IMG/VR virus record: IMGVR_UViG_2600255005_000007
Span: 1 to 8,899 of that record
Length of the DNA stretch: 8,899 nucleotides
Direction: 5' to 3' (one strand)
Source: a virus
Taxonomy: Duplodnaviria; Heunggongvirae; Uroviricota; Caudoviricetes
Shown here: in pieces, positions 1-6,801 of the stretch
Layout of the letters: every line of letters begins with the position of its first letter
Position numbering within the stretch: the stretch's first letter is position 1
The notes under the pieces: generated by a model
What the model was told of the DNA's origin: nothing
The model's database searches: none
Seen by the model: the letters and a program-made list of their open reading frames with translations, nothing else
Position numbers and translations under genes: made by a program

Positions 1-477
1 GTGATAAAGCGTGTTTTGCAGGCTGCGTTCGATGTCATCAACGCTGCGCCGCTGGCTGGCAGAGAGCGAGGCAATAAACGCTTCGGCTTTTTCCGGCGAC
101 TGCTGGCGATAAAGATTCGCCAGCCCGCGCACGGCGTTAGTGTTGCTACTGTCCATACGCAGCGTCTGCTGGTAATAGCGTTCAGCGGCGGGGTAATCTT
201 TGCGCGCCATCGCCACATCGCCCAGCCCCAGCACCGCATAGCTGTCGGCGTTATCGACATTGCGCGCCTGCTGGAACAGGCGTTCTGCCCGGTCGGGATT
301 ATTGGCTTTCAGCGCAGCATCGCCCTGCTGGATCGCCAGCCAGTAGCGATTCACCTTCAGCAGACTGTTCCATTTGTCGTTGTTGCTGCTGTGCGGATCC
401 AGCGCGAGGGCTTTTTCCAGATTCGCCACCGCATTAGCACGATCGCCATTCTGAGAATACGCCTGCCCCAGCGCCCC
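1..477 (-). pseudogene. bcsC: Internal fragment of cellulose synthase operon protein C (BcsC, TPR region). The N-terminal side is cut at 477/478; the gene continues past the window start.
   Basis: Reverse-complement translation of 477..1 reads GALGQAYSQNGDRANAVANLEKALALDPHSSNNDKWNSLLKVNRYWLAIQQGDAALKANNPDRAERLFQQARNVDNADSYAVLGLGDVAMARKDYPAAERYYQQTLRMDSSNTNAVRGLANLYRQQSPEKAEAFIASLSASQRRSVDDIERSLQN. I recognise this as the central TPR part of enterobacterial BcsC, nearly identical to my recollection of the E. coli protein. It is missing from the ORF track because it has no start or stop inside the window. Similarity ends abruptly at 477/478. Confidence 0.85.
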
Positions 478-2088
478 CGGAACGCGGCGAAAACATCAGA
501 GACGAATGCAGGTAACAGCGCGAAAGCGGCAGCTTCTTCAAAAACAGCCGCACAAAATGCAGCAACAGCGGCAGAACATTCAGAGACAAATGCCCGTGCG
601 TCAGAGGAAGCCTCCGCAGACAGTGAAGAGGCTTCCCGCCGTAATGCAGAGTCAGCCGCTGAAAATGCCGGAATCGCCACCACAAAAGCGCGGGAGGCCG
701 CAGCAGACGCAACAAAGGCCGGGCAGAAAAAGGATGAGGCTCTGTCGGCAGCGACACGAGCAGAAAAGGCGGCAGACCGCGCAGAAGCCGCAGCGGAAGT
801 GACTGCAGAGCCCTATGCGAATATAGTGCCGCCGCTGCCTGATGTATGGATACCGTTTAACGATACACTGGATATGATTACGGGGTTTTCGCCATCATAT
901 AAAAAGATTGTTATTGGTGACGATGAAATAACAATGCCAGGCGACAAGATTGTTAAGTTTAAACGTGCTTCAACAGCAACGTATATTAATAAGTCCGGCC
1001 AACTCAAGCTTGCTGAAGTTGATGAACCGCGATTTGAGCGCGATGGCTTATTGATTGAAGGACAGAGGACAAATTATCTGAGGAACTCAAATAAACCAGA
1101 CTCATGGACTGTTCATTCCGCACTGAATAAAACATTTGGCACTGATAAACAGGGGTTCAATTATGCCACGGTGACACCCACGGAAAGTATAGTGGGAACA
1201 ACAGGTGGCTATACTGTGCATGGTGTGGTTGCAGCAGACAGATTCCCGCTGGCAAGTGGTGAATGTTTCACTTTTTCGTGCCGGGTTAAAGGCGCTAAAG
1301 CACGATGCAGGTTAAGAGTTTCAGTTATTATTGGTGGAACAGATACATTCTCTGCTGACTCTTATCTTGATCTGGATACCCGGATCGCAACAGTAAGCGG
1401 TAATACATCCCTTATAACAGCCAAAGCTGAACAACAGGGCGAGTGGACCTACTATGAGGCCACTTATACAGCTAATACGGACATTGATACCGTTAACTGT
1501 GCTTTTTATATGACAAATAAAATAAGTAATGAGCCATTCTATGATGACTCAACATTAACCATGACGACGCCGCAAATTGAACTGGGCAATACGGCATCGT
1601 CATTTATTGTAACTACAATGCCAACAACACGCGCAAGTGATGTGGTTACTATCCCATCGCAGAATAACCTGTCAACACGGCCTTTTACGGTATTGTGCGA
1701 AGTAAGCAGGAACTGGAGTACACCGCCCAATGTTGCGCCAAGGATATTTGATGTTGGAGGGCACAGTATTGATGATAATTATTTATCGCTGGGGTTTGTT
1801 TCAACAGGAAAGATAAGCGCCAACGTAGGAATGGTTCAGCCACAAATTTCCTCAGATGGAGAAAGGTTCATTGTGGGTGTGAGAGCTAAATCTGATTTAT
1901 CAGTAAATGCAATATGCAGTGGTAATTATACAACAAACCTTAATGGTAAAATATTTGGAGTTACAGCAACATCGTACCGGTTTGGTGGGCAGACCGCAGC
2001 AGGAACGCGTCATTTGTTTGGACACATCAGAAATTTCAGAGTCTGGTTTAAAGAATTAAATGACAGGCAAATCAAGGAGGCAGTATGA
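478..2088 (+). CDS. Phage side tail fibre protein, 5'-truncated: Ala/Ser/Thr/Glu-rich shaft repeats followed by a distal receptor-binding region
   Basis: From 478 the frame reads RNAAKTSETNAGNSAKAAASSKTAAQNAATAAEHSETNARASEEA..., the low-complexity shaft repeat typical of lambdoid Stf-like fibres. A globular distal part follows, about 420 aa, ending ...TRHLFGHIRNFRVWFKELNDRQIKEAV. That tail resembles the usual end of LamG/ConA-like jelly-roll domains. The TGA stop at 2086-2088 overlaps the next ATG. There is no start codon of its own; the upstream open frame (1-477) is bcsC antisense. Confidence 0.8.
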   Translation, partial: RNAAKTSETNAGNSAKAAASSKTAAQNAATAAEHSETNARASEEASADSEEASRRNAESAAENAGIATTKAREAAADATKAGQKKDEALSAATRAEKAADRAEAAAEVTAEPYANIVPPLPDVWIPFNDTLDMITGFSPSYKKIVIGDDEITMPGDKIVKFKRASTATYINKSGQLKLAEVDEPRFERDGLLIEGQRTNYLRNSNKPDSWTVHSALNKTFGTDKQGFNYATVTPTESIVGTTGGYTVHGVVAADRFPLASGECFTFSCRVKGAKARCRLRVSVIIGGTDTFSADSYLDLDTRIATVSGNTSLITAKAEQQGEWTYYEATYTANTDIDTVNCAFYMTNKISNEPFYDDSTLTMTTPQIELGNTASSFIVTTMPTTRASDVVTIPSQNNLSTRPFTVLCEVSRNWSTPPNVAPRIFDVGGHSIDDNYLSLGFVSTGKISANVGMVQPQISSDGERFIVGVRAKSDLSVNAICSGNYTTNLNGKIFGVTATSYRFGGQTAAGTRHLFGHIRNFRVWFKELNDRQIKEAV

Positions 2089-2363
2089 AAGATTTAACTT
2101 TGAAATTTCCTGGTAACAGAGAGTTTAAATCCTTCCTGTCATCTCTTGACTGGGAGGAAGATGAAGACCTCCAGAATAAACTGTTAGTCGATGAAATTGG
2201 TTTCACCTACACAGAAACAGGGGTAACTGAAGAGGGAGAACCTGTCTGTATCCGGAATAACGGTTATTTTGTCAACATTCGCATTCTTGATGACTTGTTT
2301 GATGTTTCTGTATTCTCTGATTATGTCGTGGAGCTGGAAACACCGCTTCGGGAATGGAGCTGA
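2085..2363 (+). CDS. Small acidic protein (92 aa), translationally coupled to the tail fibre gene. Possibly a fibre chaperone or accessory protein; function unknown.
   Basis: ATGA start/stop overlap with the tail fibre gene. Strong SD (caAGGAGGcagtATG). Acidic composition (DWEEDEDL, TEEGEP). It does not match the classic Tfa sequence I know, so the function is inferred from position only. Confidence 0.6.
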   Translation: MKDLTLKFPGNREFKSFLSSLDWEEDEDLQNKLLVDEIGFTYTETGVTEEGEPVCIRNNGYFVNIRILDDLFDVSVFSDYVVELETPLREWS

Positions 2364-2375
2364 AAGGAGGAAATA

Positions 2376-2669
2376 ATGGATATAAGCCCCTTACTTCATG
2401 CACTTTGTGCTGTGGCTGCGCAGATACTGGTTGGTCTTTTTACCGGAAACTGGGCTTACGGAGCGATAGCCGGTTGTACGTTCTTCATTGCGCGTGAACA
2501 TACCCAGGCAGAATATCGCTGGATTGAAATGTTCGGGCATGGCAAGCGAATGAATATGCCGTGGTGGGGCGGATTTGATCCGCGCGCGTGGGATGTGGCA
2601 AGCCTGATGGATTTTGCTGTGCCGGTGGTGGCGTGTCTGCTGGTCTGGCTGTTGGTTAATCGTGGGTGA
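2376..2669 (+). CDS. Small integral membrane protein (97 aa, about 3 hydrophobic segments), prophage accessory or moron-like
   Basis: Strong SD (gaAAGGAGGaaataATG). Hydrophobic stretches are ISPLLHALCAVAAQILVGLFTG, AYGAIAGCTFFIA and LMDFAVPVVACLLVWLLV. It sits 12 nt after the previous stop. The 3' end lies next to the junction with the recombinase fragment, so the native C-terminus is uncertain. Confidence 0.6.
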   Translation: MDISPLLHALCAVAAQILVGLFTGNWAYGAIAGCTFFIAREHTQAEYRWIEMFGHGKRMNMPWWGGFDPRAWDVASLMDFAVPVVACLLVWLLVNRG

Positions 2670-2679
2670 AAAAAGGTGG

Positions 2680-3033
2680 GCTGTATATGCAACGGAGGAA
2701 GAAACCCGGGAGAAAGCGCGGATACAGAAACCGGGTGCCTGTCACATCTTCCGGCACTCGATGGCAACGCAGATGCTGGACAACGGCGCAGACACGCGGC
2801 ACATCCAGGCGATCCTCGGCCATGAGAAGCTGGAGACGACGCAGATCTACACGCGGGTAGCCATCGGTCACTTACAGGAAGTTCACGCGCTGACGCACCC
2901 GGAAGAGCAGGACGAGACGTGGACGGATCGGCACGTTGCGGATGCGGTGGCAGAGCCGCAGACGCGCCGGGAGCGTAATCACGCAGAGATGGAGCGGGCG
3001 CTGGTCAGCAGGAAACGCCGCCGGAGACGCTGA
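2680..3033 (+). pseudogene. C-terminal catalytic fragment of a tyrosine recombinase/integrase; the N-terminal two thirds are missing
   Basis: The translation contains ...KARIQKPGACHIFRHSMATQMLDNGADTRHIQAILGHEKLETTQIYTRVAIGHL. This gives the H-x-x-R box, the LGH box and the catalytic Tyr (IYTRV) of the XerC/D-phage integrase superfamily. The first catalytic Arg and the core-binding domain are absent. The upstream part of ORF 2614-3033 only overlaps the membrane-protein gene in another frame. The left boundary is approximate, about 2670-2700. Confidence 0.8.
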
Positions 3034-3110
3034 TGCAGGCCGGAAGCGTGATCATCGCCGGACTGCCTGAAAAGTTAGCGGGCGATCCCTGTAAGGCCGT
3101 GGGGTGAGGT

Positions 3111-3154
3111 GCAGGGCAGACAACCGCCTTCCCTGGCGGTTGACTGCCCCCTGC
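3111..3154. repeat. Imperfect inverted repeat / hairpin 1
   Basis: Perfect 8-bp core caaccgcc (3121-3128) / ggcggttg (3135-3142) with a 6-nt loop, ttccct. The outer arms gcagggcaga / actgccccctgc extend the pairing with one A-A mismatch and a 2-nt bulge. Confidence 0.7.
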
Positions 3155-3174
3155 CAGCGGAGTGCGCGGGGGTA

Positions 3175-3240
3175 AATGCCGTTCGCCCCGTGGAGGCAGG
3201 CGTGTCCCATGCGGCCACGGCGCACGGGGCAAACGTCATT
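3175..3240. repeat. Imperfect inverted repeat / hairpin 2
   Basis: The 18-nt arms aatgccgttcgccccgtg (3175-3192) and cacggggcaaacgtcatt (3223-3240) pair at 16 of 18 positions around a 30-nt loop. Confidence 0.7.
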
Positions 3241-3242
3241 CA

Positions 3243-3339
3243 ACATAATGCGGGGGATTATGCGCACTCTCGCCGGGTGGCAACGGCGGCGAACCCGACC
3301 CGCTGTGCGCGGCTCGTGTTCGCACAATCCGCATTATGT
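3243..3339. repeat. Imperfect inverted repeat / hairpin 3
   Basis: Perfect 11-bp outer stem acataatgcgg (3243-3253) / ccgcattatgt (3329-3339). After a GGG bulge, an inner stem attatgcgcac (3257-3267) pairs with gtgttcgcaat-type sequence (3318-3328) at 9 of 11 positions. The apical region is about 50 nt. Confidence 0.7.
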
Positions 3340-3975
3340 CTTGCGCCCCCGCGTTCAGCCCCTTAACCAGTGCCACGCGCAGCAGCTCGCTGGCGCTCGC
3401 TCCTGCCGTCTCAGCGGCGGTGTCCTTCCTCAGCGCCGCAGTCGCCGCCATCCCTGGCGGCTCCGGTGCCGTTCTGCGGCGGCGTCATCGTGTGGCAGTC
3501 AGTCAGAAAAGGGTGTCGGCCTGGCGGCCTCCGCTTGTAAGGGCTTTATGCCCGCCCGGCGTCGTCTGGCTGCGGCGGCTCGTGCCGCGCAAAAAGGCCG
3601 CGCGTCACTCGTTCCCGCCTCGCCAGCTTCCGCTGCCCGCCCCGGTCCGGTGTGGTCATGCAAAGGCCAGCTCCGGTCAGGCAGCGGTGCCACAGAGCGC
3701 CGTTCCGTCGCTTGCGGACTCTCTGCCGCCCGCACCCGCAGACCCCGCGCCGTGGCCCCGCCATGCCGCCGGAGGCGGCCTGGCGGCCCCCCGTCACGGG
3801 TTGCCGGAAACGGACTTAGTGGAAAGCGGAATGACAGGTTCGTGGCGGTGGTGATATGGTGAGCGGGCGTGAAAACGCGCGTCGGGAAAGCCGGGTTAAC
3901 GTGCTGTTAAATAATTAAAAGGTGATAGCCGTGAAGCCAGAAACGGCGCGGGCGGTAGCGTGTTAAAAAGTATGA

Positions 3976-4401
3976 CCCGCACCGGATCGTCCCGATGACC
4001 CGATAGGGCTGAGAGGCGGATTAAACTTATACCAATACGCGCCTAATCCAGTAAACTGGATCGATCCTTTGGGTTTGAAATGTGGGCAACCTGAATGGAC
4101 AAATCATGGATACAAACATTTTCCTCCAAAAAACAAATCATGGAAGGATATAATTAAATCAACAAAATCAGGCCCGGCAAAATATTCTCCAGATATTGAT
4201 ATTAAAACGTTGGAATACGATGTTTTTAATACAGGCACACCTGTTACGAACGGTAAACCATGGAAAGTAAAAGATATGGGAAAAGTTATTGGGGCCAGTG
4301 AGGGTAAAGAATCTCAATGGGTTCGAGTTGAACTTAGCGGTGGGACAATACATGGACATCCTATATCAATCGATGAATTCCGAAGGCTAACAACATCATG
4401 A
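3976..4401 (+). CDS. Orphan Rhs C-terminal toxin tip 1: core-end remnant plus a toxin domain of unrecognised family, about 110 aa, with no start codon of its own
   Basis: The open frame reads [49 protein letters not shown]...[27 protein letters not shown]. DPIGLxGGxNxYxYxxNPxxxxDPxGL is the hallmark boundary between the Rhs/YD core and its variable toxin tip. The 'start' in the ORF track (4069) is only the TTG encoding a Leu of DPLGL. Upstream, tatgacccg (YDP) sits in another frame, so the remnant is frameshifted. Confidence 0.8.
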   Translation, partial: PAPDRPDDPIGLRGGLNLYQYAPNPVNWIDPLGLKCGQPEWTNHGYKHFPPKNKSWKDIIKSTKSGPAKYSPDIDIKTLEYDVFNTGTPVTNGKPWKVKDMGKVIGASEGKESQWVRVELSGGTIHGHPISIDEFRRLTTS

Positions 4402-4691
4402 ACATTGATTTCTTAGGAAAAAAAGGGAATATAGTTTTTAATGACTTCTCCCTGAAACAAAGCATCCCTCTTAATGAACAGCGAGATGAACTTAAGGAAG
4501 ATATGCTCCAGGTTGAATATCCTGGTGGGTATCTTTTGGATGTTGGGTGGCGACCATCTTTTGATATAAATGGGAAGTTTTATATTTGTTTAATAAAGGA
4601 TTTTGATTGGGATTATCCCATTTATAATGGTTCTGCGAAAGATATTGTCTCATTATTATTTGAAATTAACCAAGCTATAAATAAACTTTAA
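4398..4691 (+). CDS. Putative cognate immunity protein 1 (97 aa)
   Basis: ATGA overlap with the toxin stop. AT-rich. The small cytoplasmic-looking protein sits immediately 3' of an Rhs-CT, the canonical immunity position. A terminator hairpin follows. Confidence 0.65.
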   Translation: MNIDFLGKKGNIVFNDFSLKQSIPLNEQRDELKEDMLQVEYPGGYLLDVGWRPSFDINGKFYICLIKDFDWDYPIYNGSAKDIVSLLFEINQAINKL

Positions 4692-4700
4692 ATAAACTTT

Positions 4701-4740
4701 AAAAAAACTGGGAAGAAAATTAAATCTTCCCGGCTTTTTA
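4701..4740. terminator. Bidirectional rho-independent terminator between immunity 1 and SymE-like copy A
   Basis: Stem ctgggaag (4708-4715) / cttcccgg (4726-4733), 8 bp including one G-U pair, with a 10-nt loop. It is flanked by an A7 run on the left (4701-4707) and T5 on the right (4735-4739). Confidence 0.7.
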
Positions 4741-5006
4741 TTATTTAACTCTCGTTCAGCACACTAAACATCCCGTTCCGCATCCCCTTAACCGCCTGTT
4801 TGACCTGGTAAAGTTCCCTGCGCAGTTCCTGTACTTCGTTGTTATCCGCTAGCAGGATCAGGCAACCTTCCGAGATCTTCACGGTAACGCCCGTGCCGAT
4901 CTCAAATCCCGCTTCTCTCAGCCATTTGGCGCTGATTTTGATCACCGGCGTGTCGCTTCGGTTGGGCAGATAGCCCACGGTACAGTGGCGCTGTGTTTTG
5001 GAAATG
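4719..5006. repeat. Direct repeat copy A (288 bp): right half of the terminator plus the SymE-like ORF
   Basis: Aligns base for base with 7311-7599, with 7 substitutions and 1 T-run indel. Identity ends sharply after ...gtgttttggaaatg. Confidence 0.9.
4745..4978 (-). CDS. SymE-family (AbrB/SpoVT-fold, type I toxin-like) protein, copy A, probably 5'-truncated
   Basis: The translation ...TVGYLPNRSDTPVIKISAKWLREAGFEIGTGVTVKISEGCLILLA... matches the SymE signature as I recall it from E. coli SymE ([48 protein letters not shown]). The only available start is the GTG that encodes the Val of TVGY, and it has no SD. The frame stays open upstream to a TAA with no start codon. Confidence 0.7.
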   Translation of the reverse strand: MGYLPNRSDTPVIKISAKWLREAGFEIGTGVTVKISEGCLILLADNNEVQELRRELYQVKQAVKGMRNGMFSVLNES

Positions 5007-5159
5007 ATATTTTTGTATTTAACCTGCTGATTAGATAGTAAAATAAACTTCGTGCAGATAGCTTACTTTGTCAGGGTGTGGCGGTAGCGTATGAACTATG
5101 ACGTGATGGTTTTAGTGATTTATAGACGAAACTGACAGTACGATCCGGACTTCGATTAG

Positions 5160-5621
5160 ATTGCGCGATTTGACCCGATAGGGCTGGCGGGGGGGCTGAA
5201 TCTTTATCAGTATGCGCCGAATCCGTTAAACTGGATCGATCCGCTTGGATTAAGTTGCTCTAGTGATGCAAAAAAATTATCTGGTAATTTAGGATCAGCA
5301 CCAAGTAGTCACTATCGACCACATCATATGGTTATGTCTAATTCCAGCGATGTGCGTATGCGGTGGTTACGTAGAAGGATGGATCGGTTAGGTATAGATA
5401 TAAACGATTCCAAAAATGGTGTATGGCTACCCAAAAACTCTGATTATCGGTTACCGGGGACAAAAGCTACTGCTCATGGTGGTGAAGGTGTACATGGAAA
5501 TGCATATAAACAACATGTGTGGGATACGTTGAAAAATGCAAGAACAAAAGCTGATTTTGAAGCAGGGCTTGCGCAACTTAAAGTAGAGCTAAGTACTGGC
5601 AAAACGTTTCCTGTCCAATAA
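5160..5621 (+). CDS. Orphan Rhs C-terminal toxin tip 2: HNH/EndoVII-superfamily AHH-type nuclease domain, no start codon of its own
   Basis: The open frame after TAG (5157-5159) reads [40 protein letters not shown]...[10 protein letters not shown]...[16 protein letters not shown]...[15 protein letters not shown]. The xHH dyad, the downstream NG-x-x-LP and the H-x-x-H-x-x-Y fit the AHH nuclease toxin family, here with PHH. The M at 5328 in the ORF track is internal, in the middle of the HH motif. Confidence 0.8.
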   Translation: MARFDPIGLAGGLNLYQYAPNPLNWIDPLGLSCSSDAKKLSGNLGSAPSSHYRPHHMVMSNSSDVRMRWLRRRMDRLGIDINDSKNGVWLPKNSDYRLPGTKATAHGGEGVHGNAYKQHVWDTLKNARTKADFEAGLAQLKVELSTGKTFPVQ

Positions 5622-5634
5622 GGAGTATGATCAC

Positions 5635-6252
5635 ATGAAAGATTTTCTGAAAAGTTTATATGAAGATTACAATGGAAAGTATTCGGAACTGATAGAACAG
5701 ATGAACGGAGAAAAGGCTACTTGTAGATGGGGGTATGGTGTTATGCCTGCCTTCTCTATAGAACCTTATGCATCCGAGCTTTTAGGTCATAAACCGGGAC
5801 GAATGTTGAAAAATAACTCAATCGCAGGAGTAAATAAACAATGCTATTATGTTGATGAACAAAACAGGATAATAGAAGGAATTACATACGCCAGCCATCG
5901 TAAGAAAGATAATGAATGGATTGTGTATAGAAATTTTTATATTTACCAAGAAAATACCATTCTTGGGCTTTTGTATAGTAGTACATTTGAAGATAGTAAA
6001 AACACAGGATTGAATAAGATTGTATTTATAAGCATTGATAATAAATTAATAAATAATAAGTATACTTTCATGTATGATGGGGAGTATTCTGAGGTAGATT
6101 ATATTTATAATAAAGATAAAATAATAAAAATAGACCAAAGGGTATGGTCTTCGTTTTATTTTGAACGCACTTATCTGATAGAGTCAAATGATCCATTGAT
6201 TATTAATGAATACTTAGAAAATAGTGGGAACATCAGGATCTACCCTACTTAA
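5635..6252 (+). CDS. Putative cognate immunity protein 2 (205 aa)
   Basis: Good SD (taAGGAGtatgatcacATG) 13 nt after the toxin stop. Very AT-rich. Immunity position. I recognise no domain. Confidence 0.65.
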   Translation: MKDFLKSLYEDYNGKYSELIEQMNGEKATCRWGYGVMPAFSIEPYASELLGHKPGRMLKNNSIAGVNKQCYYVDEQNRIIEGITYASHRKKDNEWIVYRNFYIYQENTILGLLYSSTFEDSKNTGLNKIVFISIDNKLINNKYTFMYDGEYSEVDYIYNKDKIIKIDQRVWSSFYFERTYLIESNDPLIINEYLENSGNIRIYPT

Positions 6253-6345
6253 TTTATCAAAGTAAGAGACTAATATATGGACTATGATGCGGCTGTTTCA
6301 GGGATATGCGATTGAAGCCAGTAGTATGATCCTGCGATGGGGTAG

Positions 6346-6801
6346 ATTCACCGTCCTGATCCGATAGGGCTGGCGGGGGGAATAAACCTCTATGCTTATG
6401 CGCCGAATCCAGTAAACCACATTGATCCTCTTGGGCTATCTTGTGGAAAGGTTGGTAACGTTGAATATCGTAATTTTGAGCGTTCTCCGGGAATGTTTTC
6501 TCGGTTATTAAAGAATAAACGTGACTTTGATTATGTTGCCAGATATAACATCTCAAGATATAAAGCTACATTGAGAAAAAATAATCCGGATGGTTTTGGT
6601 AATATTAGCCATTATTTCGATGGTGTAGATGCAAAAGGAAATAAAGTCGTTATTGAGGTGGCGAATACAGGGCATAAATCTTCAAGCGGTGGTTTTGAGC
6701 CTCCACATATTAAAATTCAAATAAAAGACGCTGATAACAAAGTGATACATAATGCCAAATATTTTTTGGAAGATGATATATATAGAATTACGGGCAAATA
6801 A
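6346..6801 (+). CDS. Orphan Rhs C-terminal toxin tip 3: toxin domain of unrecognised family, about 125 aa, with no start codon of its own
   Basis: The open frame after TAG (6343-6345) reads [76 protein letters not shown]...PPHIKIQIKDADNKVIHNAKYFLEDDIYRITGK. It has the same core/toxin boundary motif. The M at 6493 in the ORF track is internal. Confidence 0.8.
   Translation: MHRPDPIGLAGGINLYAYAPNPVNHIDPLGLSCGKVGNVEYRNFERSPGMFSRLLKNKRDFDYVARYNISRYKATLRKNNPDGFGNISHYFDGVDAKGNKVVIEVANTGHKSSSGGFEPPHIKIQIKDADNKVIHNAKYFLEDDIYRITGK

Noticed and set aside
357-802. ORFs 357-683(-), 434-757(-) and 506-802(+)
   Set aside because: They are alternative-frame shadows of the low-complexity Ala/Glu/Ser tail fibre shaft repeat and the bcsC fragment. 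Their products are compositionally implausible.
1-2088. Single 695-aa ORF starting with GTG at position 1
   Set aside because: The first 159 codons are the stop-free antisense of a recognisable bcsC fragment. Only 478-2088 looks like real tail fibre coding sequence.
2456-2871. ORFs 2456-2767(-), 2656-2871(-) and 2666-2860(+)
   Set aside because: They overlap the membrane-protein gene and the recombinase fragment in other frames. They have no SD and give Arg/Pro-rich shadow translations.
3111-3339. Retron msr-msd or attC-like array
   Set aside because: There is no reverse transcriptase or integron integrase in the window. The hairpins lack the flanking a1/a2 repeat arrangement or the R/L box pattern I would need to see. 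The structure is kept as an unexplained finding only.
3005-3862. Several 70-230 aa ORFs on both strands of the GC-rich stretch as real genes
   Set aside because: They mutually overlap, lack SDs and give Arg/Ala/Pro-dominated sequences typical of random open frames in roughly 70% GC DNA. They also cut through the three hairpins.
4069-4071. TTG at 4069 as the start of toxin 1, and likewise the ATGs at 5328 and 6493 for toxins 2 and 3
   Set aside because: All three lie inside the toxin domain or the DPLGL motif and lack an SD. The homology-defined unit begins upstream at the core remnant, so these are orphan tips without their own initiation signals.
4168-4359. ORF 4168-4359(-)
   Set aside because: It is antisense to toxin tip 1 in AT-rich DNA and has no signals.
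4900-5010. symR-like antisense RNA opposite the 5' end of the SymE-like ORF
   Set aside because: A weak hairpin plus T-run (acag-tggcg-ctgt gtttt) exists on the plus strand at about 4981-5000. I found no acceptable -35/-10 pair upstream of it, and the native 5' region of the gene is missing.
6257-6556. ORF 6257-6556(-), 99 aa
   Set aside because: It is antisense across the Rhs core remnant and boundary motif of orphan 3, so it is a shadow frame.
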